Assembly (NCBI GenBank): GCA_965279525.1 | Contig: CBDIIB010000005.1 | Location: 1,472,001 to 1,536,000 of the forward strand | DNA: 64,000 nucleotides | Reading direction: 5' to 3' | Origin: Tagaea sp. | GTDB taxonomy: Bacteria > Pseudomonadota > Alphaproteobacteria > CACIAM-22H2 | In this document: positions 58,819-64,000 of the stretch, piece after piece | Numbering within the stretch: the first letter of the stretch is position 1 | Layout: the number at the start of each line of letters is the position of its first letter | Made by a program: the position numbers and the translations under genes | The notes under the pieces: model-generated | Database searches by the model: none | What the model saw: the letters and a program-made list of their open reading frames with translations, nothing else | Told to the model about the DNA's origin: nothing

Positions 58819-60150
58819 TCAGGACTGGCGCGCGCAGTCGCGCGGCTGTGTGTTCTTCTCCTTGGCGTACTGGGCCGAACCCGTCTCGTACATCTCGCGC
58901 AGCATCGGGCGGTTCGGCTCGATCCAGTCGGAGACCCAGTTCCACTTCTTGCCGTCCCACTGCTGGATGCGGACGACGCCGCCACCCTCGTGGTCGGCGC
59001 AAGACGTGCGCAGCGGCGGCATGAAGCCTTCGAAGCCCATCACGGCAAGCCGCTGCGGGTTGAGGTTCAGGTTCTCGAAGCCCCAGCGGACCTGCTCGCC
59101 CGTCATCGGCTTGTTGCCGTAGCGCTCCTGCGCCGTGCGCACCGCCTCGACCACCATCGCGGCGTTGATCGCCCCGCGGTTGTAGAGGACCGTGCCCACA
59201 TGCTTGCCGTCACCGGTCGCCTGGCCGGCCTTGACCACGGTGTTCTCGATGTCGCGCATGAACTTGTAGTCCTTGCCCGTGCCGTGGAAGTTCGCGGCCA
59301 TGTAGCCCTTGGCCGCGTCGCCGGGCGGCGTCACGTCCTGCTCGGAGCCGGCCCACCACACGCCGATGAACTTGTCGCGCGGGAAGCCGACGGCCGCCGC
59401 TTCGGTGATCGCGGTCGGGTTCATGACGCCCCAGCCCCACATGATCACGTAGTTCGGACGGATCTGGCGGCCGATGCGCAGCCAGATGGCCTTCTGTTCC
59501 ACGCCCGGGTTCGGCACCGGGAACTCCGACAGCTCGAAGCCCTGTTCCTTGGCGAGGCGCTGGATGACCGGCAGCGGTTCCTTGCCGAACGCGCTGTCGT
59601 GATAGATGTACGAGATCTTCTTGCCCTTGAGCGAGCCGCCTTCCTTCGACTTGATGAACTGCAGGATCGCGTCCATCTGCGAATAGTAGGTGGCGGGCAG
59701 CGTGAACATCCACGGGAAGACGCGGCCGTCCGAGCCGTCCGAGCGGCCGTAGCCGGACGTCAGCATCGGGATCTTGTCCTGCGCGGTGCGCTCGATGAGG
59801 GCATAGGTGATGCCCGTCGAGAGCGGCACGATGGCGGTCGCACCGGTCGGGCCCTTGGCCTTCAGGCGCTCGTAGCATTCCACGCCGCGGTCGGTGTTGT
59901 AGGCCGTCTCGCATTCCTCGTAGGTGATCCGGACGCCGTTGATGCCGCCGTCGCGCGCGTTGATCATCTTGAAATAGTCGAGGAAGCCGTCGGCGAACGG
60001 CGTGCCGTTCGGCCCGAACGGGCCGGTGCGGTACGAGAAGGACGGAATGAACTGTTCGTTGGCTTGCGCGTTGGCGGGTGCCGGCATCGCGAGCGGGGCC
60101 GCGAGAATCGCGGCACCAAGCAATGCAGACCCAAAGCGGATGAGGCTCAT
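58819..60150 (-). CDS. Liv-type ABC transporter substrate-binding protein
   Basis: Signal peptide; YRTGPF, NARDGGING and ECETAYNTDRGVECYERLK. Confidence 0.9.
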   Translation of the reverse strand: MSLIRFGSALLGAAILAAPLAMPAPANAQANEQFIPSFSYRTGPFGPNGTPFADGFLDYFKMINARDGGINGVRITYEECETAYNTDRGVECYERLKAKGPTGATAIVPLSTGITYALIERTAQDKIPMLTSGYGRSDGSDGRVFPWMFTLPATYYSQMDAILQFIKSKEGGSLKGKKISYIYHDSAFGKEPLPVIQRLAKEQGFELSEFPVPNPGVEQKAIWLRIGRQIRPNYVIMWGWGVMNPTAITEAAAVGFPRDKFIGVWWAGSEQDVTPPGDAAKGYMAANFHGTGKDYKFMRDIENTVVKAGQATGDGKHVGTVLYNRGAINAAMVVEAVRTAQERYGNKPMTGEQVRWGFENLNLNPQRLAVMGFEGFMPPLRTSCADHEGGGVVRIQQWDGKKWNWVSDWIEPNRPMLREMYETGSAQYAKEKNTQPRDCARQS

Positions 60151-60318
60151 CGGGCGTTCTCCCTGTTGACGTCGCGTAGGTCGCCGGGCGCTTGGCCCGG
60201 CAGATCGTTGACCGACCTTGAGGGCCAGACCTTACGCCATGCCCGGTCCGGCGCCAAGACCCGGAAAAATGGCGGCGATCGGGCGTCGGGTCGGCCCGTC
60301 TGCAGGCAGAAAATAACA

Positions 60319-60348
60319 TTGACACATTCAAATCTATCGATGTATAAG
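60319..60348 (+). promoter_or_regulatory. Sigma70 promoter with an overlapping putative ArsR operator
   Basis: TTGACA-N18-TATAAG; ACAT...ATGT dyad in the spacer; ATG only 7 nt after the -10 element (likely leaderless). Confidence 0.7.
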
Positions 60349-60355
60349 CGGATCC

Positions 60356-60664
60356 ATGATCGAAACCTGCAAGGCTCTCGCCGACCCCGCCCGGCTCAAG
60401 ATCCTCGAATTCCTGCGCAAGCCGGATTCGCAATGCTGCACGTTCGCCGACCGCGTGTGCGCGTGCGACGTCGAATCGCATCTCGGCCTGTCGCAGCCCG
60501 CCACCAGCCACCACATGCGCATCCTCGTGCGCGCCGGCCTCGTCACGTCGGAGAAGGACGGGCGCTTCATCTATTACCGGCTCGACCATGCGGCCTTCGC
60601 TTCGGCCGTCGAATTCTTCGCCCGCTTCACGCGCCCGCCCAGGCGGCCGGCGCGGGCGGCCTGA
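60356..60664 (+). CDS. ArsR/SmtB family regulator
   Basis: KALADPARLKIL, CC..RVCACD and LSQPATSHHM. Confidence 0.92.
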   Translation: MIETCKALADPARLKILEFLRKPDSQCCTFADRVCACDVESHLGLSQPATSHHMRILVRAGLVTSEKDGRFIYYRLDHAAFASAVEFFARFTRPPRRPARAA

Positions 60665-60684
60665 CACAAGGAAAGGATTTCAAG

Positions 60685-62067
60685 ATGACCAAGCTTCCCG
60701 TTGCCGTGATCGGTGCCGGCCCCGTGGGCCTCGCCGCGGCCGCCCGCCTTCTCGAACGCGGCCTCGAGCCGGTCGTGCTCGAAGCCGGCCCCGCCGCGGG
60801 CCATGCGGTGGCGCAGTGGGCGCATGTGCGCATGTTCTCGCCGTGGTCGTTCAACATCGACGCGGCAGCACGCAAGCTGCTCGAAGCGACGGACTGGGTC
60901 GCTCCGAAGGCGACGCGGGCACCCACGGGTGCGGAACTGCTCGAACACTATATCCGCCCGCTCGCCGCAACCGCCGAACTTGCCCCGCGCATCCGCTACG
61001 GCGCGAAGGTCGAGGCCGTCGCACGAGCGACGCGCGACAAGCTGCGCGATGACGGGCGCGACGAGCCGTTCGTCGTGCGCTACCGCAAGGACGGCCGGCT
61101 CGAAACGCTTGCCGCCAGTGCGGTGATCGACGCGTCGGGCACCTGGTTCACGCCCAACCCGCTCGGCGCCAACGGCCTTGCGGTCGATGGCGAGGAAGCG
61201 TGTGCTGCCGCGATCGCCACCGGCATTCCGGACGTGCGCGGCGTCGACCGGCCGCTTTACGAAGGCAAGACGACGCTCGTGATCGGCAGCGGCCATTCGG
61301 CTCTCAACGCGCTTCTCGATCTCGTGTCGCTGCGCAAATCCGATCCGGGTACGCGCATCCTCTGGGGCATCCGGCGGGCGAACGGGTCGCGCGCGGTCGG
61401 CGGCGGGGCCGCCGATGCACTTCCCGAACGCGGTGCGCTGGGCACGCGCCTCGAGGCGGCCCTCGCGGCCGGCGACATCGAACTGATCCCGTCCTTCGCC
61501 GTCGAGCGGCTGGCACGCGACGGCGAACGCGTCGGTGTCGAGGCCCGCACCGGCGGCCGGCCGCTCGCATTCGCCGTCGACCGGATCATCGCGACGACCG
61601 GCTTCCGGCCCGATCTTGCGCTGACGCGCGAGGTGCGCGTGGCGCTCGATCCGGCCCTCGAATGCCCGCCGGCATTGGCCCCGCTGATCGATCCCAACCT
61701 GCATTCGTGCGGCACGGTGCGCCCGCATGGGGCCGCGGTGCTCGCCCACCCGGACAAGGACTTCTACATCGCCGGGATGAAGAGCTACGGGCGCGCGCCG
61801 ACATTCCTGCTCGCCACGGGCCACGAACAGGTGCGCTCGATCGCGGCGGCCCTCGCCGGCGACAAGGAAGCGTCCGAGCGCGTCGAACTGGACCTGCCGC
61901 AGACCGGCGTGTGCTCGGTCGCCGTGCGCGACGTGACCGAAGTGGAGCTTGCCGCGACGGCGGGCGGCGGTTGCTGCGGCGGACCTGCACCCGAATCTTC
62001 GGGTTCGTGCTGCGTAGCCGATGTCGAGGCGAAGGCCGTCGGCAAGACCGGCTGCGGCTGCAGCTAG
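60685..62067 (+). CDS. Arsenic-locus flavoprotein monooxygenase/oxidoreductase with a Cys-rich tail
   Basis: GAGPVG and GSGHSA dinucleotide motifs; HSCGTVRPHG; GMKSYGRAPTFL; C-terminal CC..CC..CGC. Confidence 0.85.
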   Translation: MTKLPVAVIGAGPVGLAAAARLLERGLEPVVLEAGPAAGHAVAQWAHVRMFSPWSFNIDAAARKLLEATDWVAPKATRAPTGAELLEHYIRPLAATAELAPRIRYGAKVEAVARATRDKLRDDGRDEPFVVRYRKDGRLETLAASAVIDASGTWFTPNPLGANGLAVDGEEACAAAIATGIPDVRGVDRPLYEGKTTLVIGSGHSALNALLDLVSLRKSDPGTRILWGIRRANGSRAVGGGAADALPERGALGTRLEAALAAGDIELIPSFAVERLARDGERVGVEARTGGRPLAFAVDRIIATTGFRPDLALTREVRVALDPALECPPALAPLIDPNLHSCGTVRPHGAAVLAHPDKDFYIAGMKSYGRAPTFLLATGHEQVRSIAAALAGDKEASERVELDLPQTGVCSVAVRDVTEVELAATAGGGCCGGPAPESSGSCCVADVEAKAVGKTGCGCS

Positions 62068-62717
62068 CGCAACAGCCGGCGCGCGAGGGCGAAGGCCAAG
62101 AACGCGCCGGCCGCCTGCGCCAGCATGAAGCCCGGTGCATCGGCCGGCCGGATGCCCGCGAAGCTGTCGGTCAGCGAACGCGCCAGCGTGACCGCCGGAT
62201 TGGCGAAACTCGTCGACGCGGTGAACCAGTAAGCACCGGCGATGTAGCCGGCGACGGCCGCCGGAATGTGCGCCGGGTTGCGCTTCGAGGCGACCAGCAC
62301 GATCAGCAGCAGCCCGAATGTCGCGACGGCTTCGGCGAGCCACTGCGGCATACCGGCCCGGACCTTCACACCCAGCTGGAAGACCGCCATGTCGAACATG
62401 CCGTGCGCGACCAGTACGCCCGCGACGGCGCCCGCGACCTGGGCCGCGACATAGGCCGGCACGTCGGCGCGCGCGAGATCGCCGCGCGCGGCCAGCGCCA
62501 GTGTCACCAGCGGATTGAAATGCGCGCCCGAAACAGGGCCGAGCGTGGCGATCAGCGCGTAGAGCACGCCCGCCGTCGCGATCGCGTTGGCGAGCAGGGC
62601 CAGCGCCACGTTCCCGCCCGAAAGCCGCTCGGCCATGATGCCCGAGCCGACGACGGCCGCGAGCAGCAGGGCGGTACCCGCACCCTCGGCCGCGGCACGC
62701 TGCGAAAGTCCCGTCAT
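62064..62717 (-). CDS. MIP/aquaglyceroporin, AqpS-like
   Basis: SGAHFNPLVT and YWFTASTSFANPAVT; within an ars operon. Confidence 0.9.
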   Translation of the reverse strand: MTGLSQRAAAEGAGTALLLAAVVGSGIMAERLSGGNVALALLANAIATAGVLYALIATLGPVSGAHFNPLVTLALAARGDLARADVPAYVAAQVAGAVAGVLVAHGMFDMAVFQLGVKVRAGMPQWLAEAVATFGLLLIVLVASKRNPAHIPAAVAGYIAGAYWFTASTSFANPAVTLARSLTDSFAGIRPADAPGFMLAQAAGAFLAFALARRLLR

Positions 62718-63220
62718 GCCGGCACGGCCGGCTTGCCCATCTCGTCGATCTTGCGCTGGATCTCGAGCTTCGAGAGCGTGGCCAGCGGCAGGCTCGCGAA
62801 GATCCGGATGCGCCGTTCGATCATCGCGAAGACGTCGGCGGTGAAGGCGGCCTTCTCGGCGTCCGTGCCCTCGAACGACGACGGATCGGGAAAGCCCCAG
62901 TGCGCGGTCATCGGCATGCCCGGCCAGATCGGGCAGACCTCGCCGGCGGCCTGGTCGCACACCGTGAAGACGAAATGCATGACCGGGGAACCGGGCTTCG
63001 CGAACTCGCTCCAGTCCTTCGAGCGGAAGCCGGACGTGTCGAAGCCGAGCCGGTCGAGCAGCGATTTGACCGACGGGTTGATCCGGCCCGACGGCTGGCT
63101 GCCGGCGCTGAAGGCGTGGAACCTTCCCGCACCATGCTTGTTCAGCAGCGCTTCGGCCATCACCGAGCGGGCGGAATTGTGCGTGCACAAGAACAGCACG
63201 TTCTTGATCGCGTCGGTCAT
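62714..63220 (-). CDS. arsC: Arsenate reductase, LMW-PTP fold
   Basis: LCTHNSARS, TVCDQAAGEVCP and HWGFPDP. Confidence 0.9.
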   Translation of the reverse strand: MTDAIKNVLFLCTHNSARSVMAEALLNKHGAGRFHAFSAGSQPSGRINPSVKSLLDRLGFDTSGFRSKDWSEFAKPGSPVMHFVFTVCDQAAGEVCPIWPGMPMTAHWGFPDPSSFEGTDAEKAAFTADVFAMIERRIRIFASLPLATLSKLEIQRKIDEMGKPAVPA

Positions 63221-63573
63221 GGGCGGAGGGTCTCCTTCCGGCGTGGCTTTCCCGCAGGCGCGCAAGGAACGGGCGCGCAGAGTTCCGGCCGGCTGCCGCA
63301 GCAATTGGCGGTGAGATACGCCATCAGCGCGTTCATCGCCTCGAAGTCGGCCGCATAGAAATGCGAGCGGCCGTCGCGCCGCAGCACGGCCAGGCCCGCA
63401 TCGGCCAGATCGCGCAGGTGGAACGACAGCGTGGGCGGCGGCACGTCGAGCCGGCGCGCGATGTCGCCGGCGGCAAGCCCGTCGGGCCCCGCCTCGACAA
63501 GCAGGCGGAAGACGGCAAGACGCGTGTCGTGCGCGAGGGCACCCAGCTTTCCGGCGGCGTCCGACAGTTTCAT
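63217..63573 (-). CDS. arsR: ArsR family regulator with C-terminal CC..C
   Basis: TRLAVFRLLV, TLSFHL and NCCGSRPELC; TTCGATATTTCTAGAA dyad just upstream. Confidence 0.9.
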   Translation of the reverse strand: MKLSDAAGKLGALAHDTRLAVFRLLVEAGPDGLAAGDIARRLDVPPPTLSFHLRDLADAGLAVLRRDGRSHFYAADFEAMNALMAYLTANCCGSRPELCAPVPCAPAGKPRRKETLRP

Positions 63574-63615
63574 GTTTCTAGAAATATCGAACCGATACCC
63601 GGCCGTCACGTTAAA

Positions 63616-64000
63616 TCAATATGACAACAGCCCCCGCACGGCGGCCGCGATGGCGCGCGGCCGCTCACCGAGCCCGGCGACGGCCGCGTCCGGCCGCGGG
63701 TCGATTTCCAGAAGCTTGGTGCCGGCGGCGACCGGCACGCCGTCATGCACGAGGCCGCGGATCGTCCCGGCAAGCGGGGCTGCGATGGCCGCTGCACCGA
63801 CCGACCCGACGGCTTCACCCGCCGCGACGGCAGCACCGATGCGCGCGTGCGTGCGGAACGTGCCGGCAGCCGGCGCATAGACCAGCCGCTCGCGCCCGGC
63901 GCCGCCCAGCGCCTTGGGTTCGCCGCGCAGCGCCATCGTCGGGCCGTCGCGCACGACGCGGCCAAGTGCTTCCCAGCTTGTCTCGACCGCGACATGGCAG
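63616..64000 (-). CDS. YqeB-like molybdenum-hydroxylase accessory protein (C-terminal part; runs off the window)
   Basis: GEP..GG...ER.VYAP..G, AP..G.IRGL.HDG and KLLEIDPR. Confidence 0.65.
   Translation of the reverse strand, partial: CHVAVETSWEALGRVVRDGPTMALRGEPKALGGAGRERLVYAPAAGTFRTHARIGAAVAAGEAVGSVGAAAIAAPLAGTIRGLVHDGVPVAAGTKLLEIDPRPDAAVAGLGERPRAIAAAVRGLLSY

Noticed and set aside
58726-60684. N-terminal 650 aa of the 1113-aa ORF
   Set aside because: Antisense shadow of the binding-protein gene; the real flavoprotein starts at 60685 after an AAGGA RBS.

Overview
High-GC alphaproteobacterial chromosome segment (Rhodospirillales-like by gene content; this is an inference), densely coding and mostly housekeeping. 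It carries uup, pirin, a CSS-EAL phosphodiesterase, HU, a class A PBP, an AtzD/barbiturase-family amidohydrolase beside a THI5-type binding protein, rlmD, sdhCDAB, a blasticidin-S-deaminase-like gene, three tandem DMT transporters, scoAB, rpoE-chrR, ialB-rlmN-argG-folD-yggU-yggT, tRNA-Ala(CGC), ndh, a complete ccmABCDEFGHI cluster, part of a Liv-type ABC locus and two convergent arsenic-response units. I found no integrase, transposase, CRISPR array or rRNA. The standout is the ~1.5 kb gene-free gap between rlmD and sdhC. Its minus strand carries strand-specific GNRA tetraloop hairpins, G-U-containing helices, repeated modules and a U-tailed end, consistent with a ~0.85-1 kb structured non-coding RNA that I cannot assign to a known class. 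All calls are from reading the sequence by eye, and start codons were chosen manually.
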